Source of the DNA: Octopus vulgaris
Taxonomy: Eukaryota
Assembly: GCA_951406725.2 (NCBI GenBank)
Contig: OX597831.1
Location: 54,064,001-54,128,000 of the forward strand
DNA length: 64,000 nucleotides
Direction: 5' to 3'
Shown here: positions 38,230-51,879 of the stretch, piece by piece
Layout: each line of letters starts with the position of its first letter
Numbering within the stretch: the first letter of the stretch is position 1
Notes under the pieces: model-generated
The model's database searches: none
Told to the model about the DNA's origin: nothing
The model's input: only the letters and a program-made list of their open reading frames with translations
Made by a program: the position numbers and the translations under genes

Positions 38230-39959
38230 ATTGTGGGAAATATTTTTGCACATTATGTATATTCTTATAACTTAAAATTTTTTTTTTTTTAACTTTCAAC
38301 TGGAAATTTGATGCTAAGCAGTTGAATTATTTTGGAAATATGAAAGTTCTGTATGAATTTATATATATATATATATATATATAAAATTTATAACATCATT
38401 TGTTTCTCTTTTATAGAGGAAATTAACTTGAAAAATTTTAATGTTGCATAAGTATAACTTTCTGAATATGTATAAAATCAATTCTAACTTGTTTCTGTAA
38501 ACAAATCAAAATCTTTTACTCAGTATCCTCTATCTCGAGTAAAATCTGTTGAAAAAAGACTGATGTTTGGTTTTTATTGCCTACTCTTGTATAATTTTAA
38601 CTGCATAAGCACAGTTATCATACCTATATATATTTCCATTATTTTCCTATTAATCTCTCAAAGAAATTATGTATAATGTGAATTGATAAACATCTAAAAA
38701 ATTTATCCTGTATATATTTTCCTTCTCTTTTACATGCTGGCTTAACATTTAGTATGAACAGCTAACTCTAGCAAAACGATGAATATATAAATACACTTTT
38801 AAATGTATGAAATTATATGTTAAATAATTTTACAGTTACATGTTATCTAATGTTTATATTATTTAGCCTTATCTATACCGTTAATGTTCATACTTATCAG
38901 ATCATCCTGTTGCATAAGTAATGTAAATTTCAGATCCTATTGAAAGGTCAAAGAAAGTTAACTGACATTTTGTAAACTCTAATATATATGTTGCATTGCT
39001 TTTAAAGGGACTACTAGTGGCTTCAATGTTATAGGTAATCTTTATATCATTTATAACACAGCCTTTACTTTGAAGTAAAATCACTATACATTTATAAACA
39101 TTGGAATGAAATGCCAATTGATTTCTTCATTCACTTCAACTATATCAGTGATATTGTCTATTTCTGTACTAAGAATAACTCAGTACCAGAAATTCTCCAA
39201 AGCAGCTTATTGTGCCCCTTCTTTTGTAATCAGTATGGTGGTGTCACTATTCCACTTTGGCTAATGTAACAGATGATAGATTGTCACCCAATTCTCTACT
39301 TCACATGGTGCTTACATTTATGTTTCTTGTCATTATCAAAAAATGAGAGAATATTCATTGTCCTAAATAAAAGTGGCACAATGTAAGAATAATGCTGTTC
39401 AGTTGTCCATGTAGACCTGGACAAACCAGTTCAACTATCTGGGGCAGTTCATACAGCAGACATTATGGACAGAGGGCTGTAGTTTGTTTTCCTGGAATCT
39501 CTGGTCCACAGCAGTCAATAGAGAGACATGAGTTCATCAGACCTTGTTGGCAGCCTGTTAATTATATTAATGAGACTTTTGAATCACATATATAAAGACT
39601 TATATCAGTCATATATTTACAAATGCTGCTTTGCAATCTTTTTTTTTATCGCTCTCTGTCCCCATGCTACAATAAATTAGGTAAGCTCTAATAAGTTAAA
39701 AGATTTACAGGAACATTTATCAGGGGATGCCTTCTTTACTGCTTTTGCTAACTCCTCAACCATGAAATAGGAATGGTACCTATTGTCAATGAGAGAGATT
39801 CAGCAAAAGAGGGTAATTTGATTTGTCTGGGAGCAATTACATAAAAATATTTACTATTTGGAAAAGAAAATGTGTTTTTCTCATAAATACACATATGCAT
39901 GCATGCACAAGAACATTATCTGGTGGTATATTTGGCTAAATTCAGCCATGAATAATGCA

Positions 39960-40095
39960 TTTCTATTTGTGTATAAGCATATGTGTGTGTGTGCATATGT
40001 GTGTGTGTGCATATATGTGTATGTATGCATATATGTGTGTATTGTATATATATATGCTTATGCGTGTATGTGTATATATGTACGAGTGTGTGTAT
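39960..40095. repeat. (TG)/(TA) compound microsatellite
   Basis: Visible directly. Confidence 0.95.
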
Positions 40096-40669
40096 ATTAA
40101 ATTTTGGATTAAAAAGGTATATCAAAGTCTAGCACTGGAAGATCAAAGAAAACCACTCAGGCATAAACTTGAACAGATATAAGCTAATTGCTATCTAAAT
40201 CTAGTTGAATATTCTTTTTTTAAATTCTTTGAATGAAATACGTTCTTTGCCTGAAGGTAAGTTTTCCAGTTCAAGCTTCTGAAATATAATTTATTTTATA
40301 TATTTATATATATATATTTTTTTTTGCATTTAAAAAATTTTCTTGCAAATAAGAAATGTTTACAAATACATCTTTCCTAAATATTGTTAGAATAAGTGTA
40401 CATTGATTACTCCTTTTTTTTCCTTCTTTATCATAGATGAAAATCTTAGATTATTTCACACATATGTATACATATTTATAGAGTTTGCATATATACATTC
40501 TTCATATTTCAACTTGTCATATTTAGTATGTATTTCAATAAGAAAAATAAGTCCAAGATATGTTTCAAATAAAAATGGTTTTAATGAAAATATCTTTAAT
40601 GGACTTGAATCATATCATCATTGTAATCATCTTCCATTAGGAATGTGACTACATTGACTTTGTTTTAAA

Positions 40670-40714
40670 TACATATATATATAATGTGTGTGTGTATATA
40701 TATATATATATCTA

Positions 40715-40753
<39 letters not shown>

Positions 40754-41110
40754 TTATATATATATATATGTGTGTGTATATGTATATATATATGCATATA
40801 TATATATTTATATCTATGTATATATATATATATTATGTATGTGTATATATATATTATGTATGTGTATATATATATATATGTGTGTGTATCTATATATGTA
40901 TGTGTATATAATTAGGGTTCAGCAAAAAAATTTACTTTACCACACACCGAATGTATGTGTGTATGTGTATATATATGTGTGTATGTGTATATATATATAT
41001 ATATGTGTGTGTATGTGTATATATGTGTATGTGTGTGTGTATATATATATATGTATGTGTGTATATATGTATGTGTATATATATGTACTTACATATATTT
41101 ATATATGTAT
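40670..41110. repeat. Large (TA)/(TG) compound microsatellite
   Basis: Visible directly; source of the YI/CV ORFs. Confidence 0.95.
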
Positions 41111-41622
41111 CATCATCATCATCATCATCATTTAGCGTCCGTTTTCCATGCTAGCATGGGTTGGACGGTTCAACTGGGGTCTGGGGAGCCCGAAGGCTGC
41201 ACCAGGCCAGTCAGATCTGGCAGTGTTTCTACAGCTGGATGCCCTTCCTAACGCCAACCACTCCGAGAGTGTAGTGGGTGATTTTATGTGCCACCGACAC
41301 AGGTGCCAGACGAGGCTGGCGAACGGCCACGCTCGGATGGTGTTTTTATGTGCCACCGACACAGGTGCCAGACGAGGCTGGCAGACGGCCACGCTCGGAT
41401 GGTGTTTTTATGTGCCACCGACACAGGTGCCAGATGAGGCTGGCGGACGGCCACGATCGGATGGTGTTTGTTACGTCCCCAAAGCACGGAGGCCAGTCTA
41501 TGCGGTACTGGCTACGGCCACGTTCGGATGATTTTCTTGTGTGCCACCGGCACTGGTACCACAAAGATACAAATTCCATTGATGTTCATCTATTTTGATT
41601 TGTTTTGATTTGATTTTCACTT
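41111..41622 (-). mobile_element. Young RTE-family 3'-UTR element with (CAT)n tail and an internal ~62-bp tandem repeat
   Basis: (CAT)7 ttagcgtccgttttccatgctagcatggg...ggatgcccttcctaacgccaaccac; CpG-rich; three near-identical units TTTTATGTGCCACCGACACAGGTGCCAGACGAGGCTGGC..CGGCCACGCTCGGATGGTGT plus degenerate ones. Confidence 0.9.
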
Positions 41623-42499
41623 ATGTATATGCATGTATCTATATATGTATATACATCTATATGTATATACATATATATCTATATGTATATTTTTGAAAAA
41701 TTGTGTTATAGATATAAATATACCATAAAATATAAAATGGGGAAGAAAAAGATGTTGAATCAAGATCAGATTTAGTACAAAATTGGATTCAATACATATG
41801 TTTCAAAAGACAATGCAAATATGTAATTATAATTAAATTTATGGATTGTCATTCTCATCAGTATGAGGAATTTTTGGTAGGACATCAAAAAAAGGTTTAA
41901 TAAAATACAGTAAGGGAGAATAGAGATGGAAAAATAGGGAAAAGTCGGATATTTTCAAACAAGTTGTAAAAAGGGAAACGTAGCAGTAAAATATAATATT
42001 GAGAGGGAGACGAAAGAAAAAAGACAGACATATCAAAGTTTTATAACATAAAAATAAAAATCTAACGGATATGTTTAAAGAAATAGTAACAGGTCGAGAC
42101 AAAGTATAATGTAAACAAGGCCATGTATGTATAGTAGAATATAATATAATGCAACAGGTACACTAGAAGAAAAGCGCCATAGAGAGTTATACGTATTCAT
42201 ATTAATATTGAAAAACGAAAAAAAATATATTTATTACAAGAGGCTAAAGGTGATAGACAAGACGATGTTGGAAAAAGGTACAATATTCAGGTAAAAATGT
42301 ACATACAAACAGAAAAAACCAAAGAGAACTTAATGAAAAAGCATTGATCAGAGACAGGAGTGTTCGGTGTATTCAAGAATAAAACCTTATTCAAAAACTA
42401 GCCTGGGGTAGGGTAGACAATCACAAAAGAATAGGAACAAAAAACGATTATATGAAGGAGAAAATTCTTATAAATTTACAAGTGATACAAAAAAAAAAT

Positions 42500-42885
42500 G
42501 CATACACTCAACACACAAGGATATACATACACAAATACACAACACGCGCACACACACAAAAGTGCATACACTCACACATGGACATACAAGGGTGCAAGTG
42601 TAAGGAAAGATACAACAAATAAGGGAGTATGTTTTCACATAAGACATATATATATATATATATATATACATACACATGTATATACATACACACACATAAA
42701 ACATGCTCATACATGTATACGCACACACATATACATATATATGTATTTATATATGTATATATATATATTATATGTATGTATATATCTATATACATACGTA
42801 TATGTATATACCTATATACATACACGTATGTATGTTTATATCGATATAGATACATGTATATGTATATATATGTATATGTATACAT
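42500..42885. repeat. (CA)/(TA) compound microsatellite
   Basis: Visible directly. Confidence 0.95.
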
Positions 42886-43884
42886 ATTAACTGTGAGAGA
42901 AATCTTACAGCACTGTAAATAATTTTCTGTATTGAATTTGATCATTTTAAAGTTTTATGGTAAATATCACATTTTGTTTGAAAATCATACAGGAAATAAA
43001 AATCAAGATTGTAAAAACGTTATTCTCCCTTTTAGTATGTCTTCTTTCAGAACATAACAAGCTGATAAAATGTCTGAAATATAATTTCTTTCTATATTAA
43101 ATACAAAAGTATTTAAGGTTTTCAAAACTCTGAGATTTAGCTTTTGACTAGTTCAAATGTAGGTTATATTTTATATCTGCTGCTATAAATTTGTCTTCAA
43201 TTATTTTATAAAAGTAGAATTTTTTTTATATGATCTCACCATGTGGCCATGATTACAAATTGGAAATCTTTCAAGTTGGTGTAATTTTCCTGATGTATCA
43301 ATACGTTTACGTTATTCAATCTTTCCATGTGCTTTCCTTGCTATGTCCATAGTGTCATACATATGATTTAGAGAGCTTTCAATGAATATAACAATATTTT
43401 CACTTGCAAAAGCTACACCCCTGTTGCATTCCTGTTCCTTGAAGCATTTTTAATTCTGTTAAAGTTAATTTAGTATAGTGGTTTGCTTAAAAAAAAAAAA
43501 AAAAAGCTGCAATATCATAATGTGCAAAATCTTCAACTAACTTTCAACTAGCAACAAAATTGCTGGCATTGACTAATGTGATGGCAGGGATGGGTGGTGG
43601 AACTTGCTACAAAATTTTACCGAAAAATCAATATAATAGTAATAACAGATATAAATTAGAAGAGTTGGGGGTTTTGTGGTTGGGTGTTCTTTCGCATCAA
43701 GTAGATACTGTGGCAACAGTAGATTAAAGATAGATAGGAACTCAAAGGTATAATATCAGAGGGATATTCTCTGCAGGAAAACAGCTGCTAACTTATATAA
43801 CCACTCCACAGGCAAATTTTAGAGATTATTATAAAAAATTTTCAAATTGGATTTGTATATGTATATTTTGCATGATTTATATGT

Positions 43885-43938
43885 TTCTCCCTCCTCTCTT
43901 CTTTCTCCCCTCCCTTCCACCCTCTCTCTCTCTCTCTC

Positions 43939-44002
<64 letters not shown>
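43885..44002. repeat. (CT)n microsatellite
   Basis: Visible directly; gives the (ER)n pseudo-ORFs. Confidence 0.97.
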
Positions 44003-44004
<2 letters not shown>

Positions 44005-44687
44005 AAATAAGAATGATAAAAATAAATGCTTGAAAAGGAATAAGAGGAAGAGAAAAAAAAATGGAAAATAACAAGTTTCCCATACAAATTGCTAGTGATG
44101 CTGTGATTATAGTTTTGTTTTTTGCTTTAGTAGAGTTCAACAAATGTAACTGATCACAGTAAAATGACTGAAGACTTGGTAAATTGATCTCTTGAAGTCA
44201 GTTAATTACAAGGTGAAAGTTTCTTCCTCAGTCACTATTATAATTTTTCTTCTTGTGTCATAAAAGTATGTTTTACCTTTTTGAATTTGACTGTAATTAA
44301 TTGCATATTCTATAGAAGTCTGGTTGGAAGCAATAGCTTCCGTTGCTTGTATCTGGTGATTTTTATCATTGCAATGGCTCCTGCCTTCCACCCTCTCTTT
44401 TTACTCTTTATACCACATACACACACATTATATACGCATACAGAAGTGTACATTGTGTGTGTGTAAAACTATAGGTATGCAACCTGAAGGGGGAGAATTT
44501 TATAACTTTTAGCTACAATGACAACAGGATTAGTAGGATATTTAATTTAAATAACTATTACACATGCACACAATTATATAGGCATGTGCTCATACACACT
44601 TCCTTGATGTTGAATCTCATAAATGACAATCTCAAATGGAATATTCCATTCCAGAAGATGCTGGTTGGATGTAACCTACATTAGATA

Positions 44688-44876
44688 TTAGTTTCAAATT
44701 TTGGCACAAGGCCAGCAATTTGGAGGGGAGGGGTAAGTCAAACCCCTTATAATTATCACCCCCAAAAGGATGAAAGGCAAAGTCGACCTTGGTGGATTTT
44801 GAACTCAAAACAGGAAGATGAAATGCCACTAAATGTTTTACCCAGCATGCTAATGATTCTATTAGCTTGCTGCCTG
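44688..44876 (-). mobile_element. Nin/Deu-domain-type SINE
   Basis: cccaaaaggatgaaaggcaaagtcgacc core; TSD acctacattagata (44674-44687) / acctagattaaata (44877-44890). Confidence 0.85.
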
Positions 44877-45714
44877 ACCTAGATTAAATATAAATTTAAA
44901 TATCTGTATTTCCTATACAAAATACAGTTTATATCGCTGCTGTATCACATTTATCTACTAACAACAACCTTACGAAGGAGTTAGTCATGTGGTCTCTCTA
45001 TAATAGTTACCATATTTCTCCTGTTTCCATTTGTCTTCTCCACCCACTATTCCTGGGAGGGTCATGGGTTTAGAGTCCTCAAACACCACCTCCTACGTCA
45101 GGTCCTATCAGAAACAATTGTCATTAGACTTTCTGGTTGGATTCTCAAGCATGGCAAATTGAGACCAAAGATATTATTCAACCATATAGTTCTTGATTTA
45201 TCACTGTTGTTTAGCCCTAAATAATCTTTGACTGGATAAATCTATAATTAAAGATGTTTCAGCCATGATTATCCAGCATTTGTTGTCCTGATATAATGTG
45301 CCTATGATTGCATTATTCACTGTTTCCTTCGTATTTTTAAAATAATAGGATATGATTTGTGAGAAATTTGGCTTCTATTTCTAGCAGGCTCCAGTAAATA
45401 GTGTCTGTGTGCTTTCATTCCTCACAGAATTATTACATATTATATTTCAAATGAAATTTTTTTTATGCTTATTAATTGGTATTAATTTGCCTAAGACTAT
45501 ATATTGGGAAGATAAATTAGGCAGAAGTTATTAGAATTATTTCAATCTCTGTTAAAGCTGTATTAATTTCTTTTTAATTCAAAAATTGAAGTTTTTCACA
45601 TAGAATCTCTTCTGCATAGCATATCATCTTCCAACTTCATGAGCAGACATCTGAAATACTCTCATATTTTCTGTTGTATTATTAGAATAATTAAGCCATC
45701 AAATAAGGATTTCT

Positions 45715-46210
45715 AATATAGGTACAAGGACACAATAGTTATTTTCAGGGAGTGGGTTATTGTTTGTTAAATCAATCACAGTACTTCATTGGTACTTATG
45801 TTATCAACATGATGAGAGGAAGATTCAATCATGGCAGGTTTTGAACTTCAGACTTAATGCAAGGAATTTTAGCTTTCACTCTATTGGTTCTGGCAATCTA
45901 ATTTTTAACATTGGCACAAAGCCACATCTTTTGAGAGAAGTGGCATCAATTTAGTCAATCCCAGCATGACTGGTACTTTATTGATGCATGACAAGATTGA
46001 ATGGTTTAAGTAGATCCTAATAATGGCATAATTAAATTTTGATTCTCAACATAGCTACTGCGCTTCAGATTTGTTGAGGAGAACATAGTTAATTATATTG
46101 ACCCTATTACATGATTAGAAGTGTATCTTATCAACCCTGAAAGTGTGAATGACAAAGTTGACCACAGACTGAGTTTGACCTGAATTTGAACTCAGAACAA
46201 AAGGATTGTA
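45715..46210 (-). mobile_element. Cluster of old Nin-type SINE fragments
   Basis: Repeated ggcacaa(g/a)gccac, ctggtacttta and gaatttgaactcagaac remnants. Confidence 0.55.
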
Positions 46211-46457
46211 ACTTAGTCATGGAAGGAAAAAAAATTCACTTTTATACAATATCATTTGATATTTTTAATATCTAAATTGGTGTACGTAAATGATTAAGAC
46301 ATTTGAATCTCTAAAAAATGATTGTGGTAAATAAATTCTAAGGGTGACTTGCTAACATTGAAATGTTGAAGCCTACGAAAGCTTACAATAAAAGCAGTCC
46401 TATTGCACAGTATGTAATGTATCTTAAAATACTATCAAACAATAATTTCCAGTAACT

Positions 46458-47285
46458 CATCAGCATCATCATTTAACATCCATTTTTCATGCTGGCATGG
46501 GTTGGATGGTTTGACTGAGGTTTGGAGAGCCAGCAGCTGCACCAGGTTCCAATCTGATCTGGCAATGTTTCTACAGCTGGATGCCCTTCCTAATGCCAAC
46601 CACTCTGAGAGTGTAGTAGGTGCTTTTTACGTACCACCGGCATGGGAGCCAGTCAGGTGGGCCTGGCATCGATTGCGTTCAGATAGTGCTTTTTATGTGC
46701 CACTGTTACAAGAGCCAGTCAGGCAGACCTGGCATTGACCATATCTCCAAAGGTCCTCTGTGAGGCCCAATGTTCGAAGTTCATGCTTCACCACCTCATC
46801 CCATGTCTTCCTGGGTCTACCTCTTCCACAGGTTAGGGAGTGGTCCTTCCTCACACAGCTATCTTCATTCATACATAACACATGACCATACCAGCACAGA
46901 CGCCTCTCTTGCACACCACATTTGATGCTTCTTATGCCCAACTTTTCTCTCAGGGCACTTACACTGTTATGTATGCACACTGACATTACACATCCAGCAG
47001 ATCATACTAGCTTCATTTCTTTCAAGCCTATGCATGTCCTCAGCATTCATGGCCCATATTTCACTGCCATGTAGCATGGCAGTTCTCACACATGCATCAT
47101 ACAATCTACCTTTCACTCTGAGCGAGAAGTCCTTAGTTGCCAGCAGAGGTAGGAGCTCCCTGAACTTTGCCCAGGCTATTCTTACTCTAGTCACTACACT
47201 CTCAGAGCAGCTACCCCCACTACAGACTTGATCGCCTAGGTAGTGGAAACTATTAACTACTTCTAATTTCTCCCACTGGCATGTG
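46458..47285 (-). mobile_element. 5'-truncated RTE LINE (RT C-terminus and 3' tail)
   Basis: LEVVNSFHYLGD..IAWAKFRELLPLL..KGRLYDACVRTAMLHGSEIW..RRLCWYGHV..GRGRPRKTW; (CAT)n tail. Confidence 0.95.
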
Positions 47286-49049
47286 GTCATTTGAAATCCC
47301 ACCAAATACTGCATTCTTCCTGACTGAAAGTCATTTGAAATAGTCCAGGCTGGTATATACAGACAGTCGCCACCCAAAATTTTCTTGAGATGTGCACATT
47401 AAGAGAAACCCTATTTATAGTTCATTTGAATAATATTTTTTTGGTATCTGTTAATGAAGAGTCTACTAATTAAGACAGCTAACAGTATTGCTAAACAATA
47501 TAGTTTCTTGAGATTTCTGACTGATAATATAAGTCCCAGTGATCATATTAGATTGTTTTCTTGTGGGATAAAAAATATGTGAAGCTACTAATTTGTTTTA
47601 TTTCAATGAATGGCAATGCCCCAGCATCGCTGCAGTCTAATGACTGAAACAAGTCGAAGAGAAAAAAAAACAAAACATTTTGATATCTTTAAAAGTCTTC
47701 AATTATCTTCCTTGTTACCATCATTGTTTTAAGTTTCATTGTTCCATGAAAGTTAGGGAACCTTTACACGGTTACATGACTTGCTAGAAGTTGCAGCCAA
47801 ACTTCACCCAGATAACATTTGAGTTTAAGAAAAGGATATATTAGATAATGTAGTCCTACTTGCCCTTGAAAAGTCAGAATTGACACTGTTAGAATGCGTG
47901 TGATCATAAGTTAGCTCAATCAAAGCTGATGAAGGGCCAAGTAACAACAGTATGAGTTGAATCTGTTTGCAGTAAAGCCCACCTTTCTCACATCTGATCT
48001 GATATCCCTACTTTTTCTCTATATTTTTCTAGGTCTTTGGTCTATCTTACACAGCAATTACACACCACCTTTTCAACCAATATGCTTCATCCATCTATAT
48101 AGCACATGTCCATATATGCACGGTTACCTCTCCTGCACATTATCATTTGATACTTTTAATATCCAGATGCATTAATACTTTTTCTACTCACTTGAGGAAA
48201 CAAATGCCTCTATTGACCATATTTATTCCACTCTTTTGAATAGAAGTTCAGTTATATTCTGTTTGATGTTTAAACTCTCGATTTTTCTGACTGTATCATA
48301 TCTAATGTATTTGATATTTCTGTCAAATGATGTAGAGAAGCAAGTGCCAGTTTCAAATGTTTCCTATTAGATACCCTTCAAAAGGTGTGTATGTATATAT
48401 TATACAGAACTGTGATAGTGTTGCTAAATAACATAAATGTATGAATACATCAGCCAAATAGCCTTATCACAGCCTATTTATTTTCTTTTGATGTATCAGA
48501 AATGTTTGTTAAACAATTGACAAGCTTCCCTTGTTTCAATTTCCCTGCTTTAACTCATGACTTCTGGTAATTTTATTAAGTCTAAACAGAAAAATCTTTA
48601 CAAATGATCTTTTATTGGCTCTCATTTAAGTTAATAAAAATGCTAATTCATAATTGCTTTTGAATATTCTTAACATTTATTTCTAGTTCACTTCCATGTT
48701 ATGAAAATGTAATTAAGACTTAGAGATTTGGTTTTAAAATCATTCAAGGCATATTTGATATAATTTATATCTGTTGTTGGATTTCCAATGTAAAGCCTTT
48801 TCAGTGAAGAAATCAGGGCTGTCTTTGATAGTGAAATTTTGGGGGAATAATTTATATATTTGGCTTATAAATTTTCTAAAATGAATCATGCTGTTTTTAA
48901 AAATAAATGCATTGTGGTTTGTAAGTTTTCTTATTTCTGTCATTTGCTGGTTTGTATTTTGTCTTATTCTTTTACTACCATTACAACATTGAATTTAAAG
49001 GGTTTTTTTTCTATATTTTGTGTGTGCCATTAACTATTTATGTCACTTC

Positions 49050-49200
49050 TTCTCTCCCCTCTTAAGCCGCCTCTCTCCTCCTCTCTTTTACTCCTTCTCA
49101 CCATCCCCTCTCACTTCCACTATTTTCTTCTCTTCTCTCTCCTCACCTCTTTCTCCTCCTCTCTTCTCTCTCTCCCATCACTCCTCTCTCTCTATCTTAT
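49050..49200. repeat. CT-rich low-complexity tract
   Basis: Visible directly. Confidence 0.9.
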
Positions 49201-49879
49201 CTATAAATAGAATTATTCAAACTTATGCTTTCTCCAAAATGATGTGAAGAAAACCTATTGTAAAAGGCCATTAAGGTATTGGAATTGTTAAAATGAGGAA
49301 TGCTTGATTAAAAAAAAATGCATTTTGAATGATTTTCCAAAAAAGTCATGTCTTTCTATTAGAATTTCCTCATTTTCTAACTTTAAAATGTTCCCTGAAT
49401 GGAATGGAATCTATTCCAAAAATATTTTTCAAACCACACATTTAGAAATGTCAGTTTCTCGTTATCTTTATTTTTCTGTTTTACTAGTATTTCTCATTAA
49501 TTTTACTCCTATATTTTTTCCCCTTTGGAATTTCTGATGTTAATTAACTTCTGATAAATTAGGCAGAAACATTGTTACGTAATGCTTTTTATTTTCTTTA
49601 ATAATAGTAGTTTCAAATTGAGAAAACTCAAGGCAAATGTTTCACTGCAGATTAATTTACAAATAAGATGCAAGGAAATTTCTATTTTTGCTAATTTATT
49701 AGAATTCTATTTATTCTAGGTTTGCTCAATTAGGGTTGATGTAGGGCTTGAAAACAGGAGGTTAAAATGTCACCAGAGTTGGTATTCCTTTCTATAAATT
49801 ATCAGTGTTCTAGATCAGACCAATCAATGATTTTACACTCCCTACCTTTTTCTTTTAATGTACTAATATCTTCTTAAAG

Positions 49880-49882
49880 GAG
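49880..49882 (+). CDS. Candidate 3-nt microexon (GAG) or recursive splice site
   Basis: Pyrimidine tract, branch-point-like TACTAAT (49861-49867), atcttcttaaAG|GAG|GTAAGG. Confidence 0.35.
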
Positions 49883-50049
49883 GTAAGGAAACAAAATCAG
49901 TATTTATACTAATTAATGGAAGATGGGTAAAAGTGCGATTACTACTGAAAATTAGTTCACTATATTGTCTGTTGCTAACATATATGTTTTAACAAGCTCA
50001 CTGGTTAATCACAACACCAGCGCCTGTTTTGGCACTATTTTTCTATATC

Positions 50050-50179
50050 TTACTGGTGGGGAGATGAGTCACTGCTATCTCTAGCAGTCAAACATTAACA
50101 AAGATCAAAGAAGGTTGAAATCATGTGATCTGATGGTCTTGGTACTGGAGATGGTGGGGATTTATCTCTCCACTAGTGA
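50050..50179 (+). ncRNA. Long G-U-rich RNA hairpin (pre-miRNA-like or ADAR-type dsRNA)
   Basis: 50050-50084 pairs register-perfectly with 50145-50179: 34 of 35 positions paired, 9 G-U, one A-G mismatch; the stem continues inward (tcaa/ttgg, catt/gatg, agatca/tgatct). Confidence 0.6.
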
Positions 50180-50585
50180 AAAAAACAAGCATGCTTTTTG
50201 CACCAAAAGCCAATATGAGAGTTTCTCTCACATGGTATCTACCACAGTATAGTTTGTTCTATCAGAACATCCATGTTCAAGTGGAGATAATATCACCTCT
50301 CACTATATTGTCTGTATTTGTAAAAGGTAAACATCTTAAAATTGTGTCTGATGTAAGGAATAATTGTTAGGGTTCAGTGGTGGGAGTGAGTATGGTTGTC
50401 AATGTTTGTGTCTAGATAAGTTGGCAGTTGATGAGTTTTTAACATTAAAGTTATAACTTCTAGATTGAGAAAAAAAAAATTAAGGTTATGTTGCTGCATG
50501 GTCTATAACACTGATATCTGCATGTTAAATATCAGTGTAAAGCAGGTAAAAAATTTACTTCATGTTGTCCACCATGCCATTAATA

Positions 50586-51113
50586 CGAGGTCTGATCAAT
50601 AAGTATCCGGATTATTGCCATAGTAACAAAGCTAAAGCTCCCAGTGAAGCCCCTCGACAAAGATTGACCTTGAACTCTGCTGTGCATGTGCAGTAAGTTT
50701 TAATGTTCTAGCTTACTTCTGCTGTTTACACAGTGCTTGGAAGGAAGGTGTGTAGTGTGTGACCATCACATTGACCATGACAAAAAGTTGTCACGGCAAT
50801 ACTTGCTCAGAGGCCTAAGCAAAGTTGCAGAATATGTATGGAAAGGAATGTATGAGTCACACACAAGTGTATGATCGTTCAGACATTTCTAAGATGGTCG
50901 ATAGGGACAAATGTTCTGGGAGACCCGAACCAGCAGAACTGAGAAAAACATTGCAGATGTGCGTGCAGCTGTGAGGGAAAAAATCATCGAATTGCCATCC
51001 ATGAGTTATCAGAGGATGTACAGATTAGTTATGGTTCTGTTCAGTTCATTATTACTGAAGATTTGGGTATGAGTCACGTGTCTGCTGAGTTTTTGCTAAA
51101 ACTGCTTTCAGTT
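50586..51113 (+). mobile_element. Mariner (Tc1/mariner) 5' fragment with left TIR and decayed transposase N-terminus
   Basis: TA|CGAGGTCTGATCAATAAGTATCCGGA; YGKECMSHTQVY..CSGRP..TSRTEKNIADVRAAV..HRIAIHELSEDVQISYGSVQFIITEDLGMSHVSAEFLLKLL (HTH and decayed WVP motif). Confidence 0.9.
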
Positions 51114-51879
51114 TCAGTCTGAGATTGGCTTAAGTTCTTTGTCATTGATTACCTAGAAATTATTAGCACTGTTATGTCACCAAAGACTGGCCTTTGTATT
51201 TGCTTGTACTGCATTCATGGCAAATAAGCTGTTTGTTTCCTTCAAACTTCCTTAACTGCTGTTGGAGCATGAAAAATGATTCTTTTAAAAACATTGTATG
51301 CAAATGCAGTCAACTGTCTCAACCAAACAAGTTACATTACTAATGAAGAATTGAACTTCCTCTAAAATGTCATTTTGATATTAGTTTCTTTGAGTTCACA
51401 CTTGAACCATAAGAAAGCACCTGAACCTTTTAATCTCTCTTAAATCCCTGAACTGCTGTGTTCTCTGTGAATTTAGCAAACCAACGTTGCAATTCATCAA
51501 ATCTACTTCCAATAAGTCTGTTGTTTTTCACTGTGTAAATCCTTCTAAGAACTACACTTTAGTGTCTGACCTTATCATTTACATTTGTACTTTGCTACTT
51601 TGACATAGTTTTCTATTCATATTGCTTCAAATCAGATTTTCAATAGTTGAAGATGGAAGGATTAACAACTTCATCTACCTTATTCTTCAACTTGAGGTTA
51701 AATCTTCCAAGATTTTATACAATTTTTTTCCCTTTTCCTTTTACGATTTTACTTGAATTTTCAAAGAGCAAAAAAAAAAAAAATAAATAAACATACAAAT
51801 TCAAATAAGTCTTATGGTTTGCTCATTCTTTTTTTATTATAATTCTGTCTTATAGGAATAGTTTTTCATATTTTATCCC

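Noticed and set aside
40684-41135. YI/CV-rich ORFs, and (ER)n ORFs at 43842-44143
   Set aside because: Microsatellite translations
41282-41560. Regular ~62-bp repeats resembling a CRISPR array
   Set aside because: Whole units repeat with no unique spacers, there are no cas genes, and the array lies inside a eukaryotic retroelement 3' UTR
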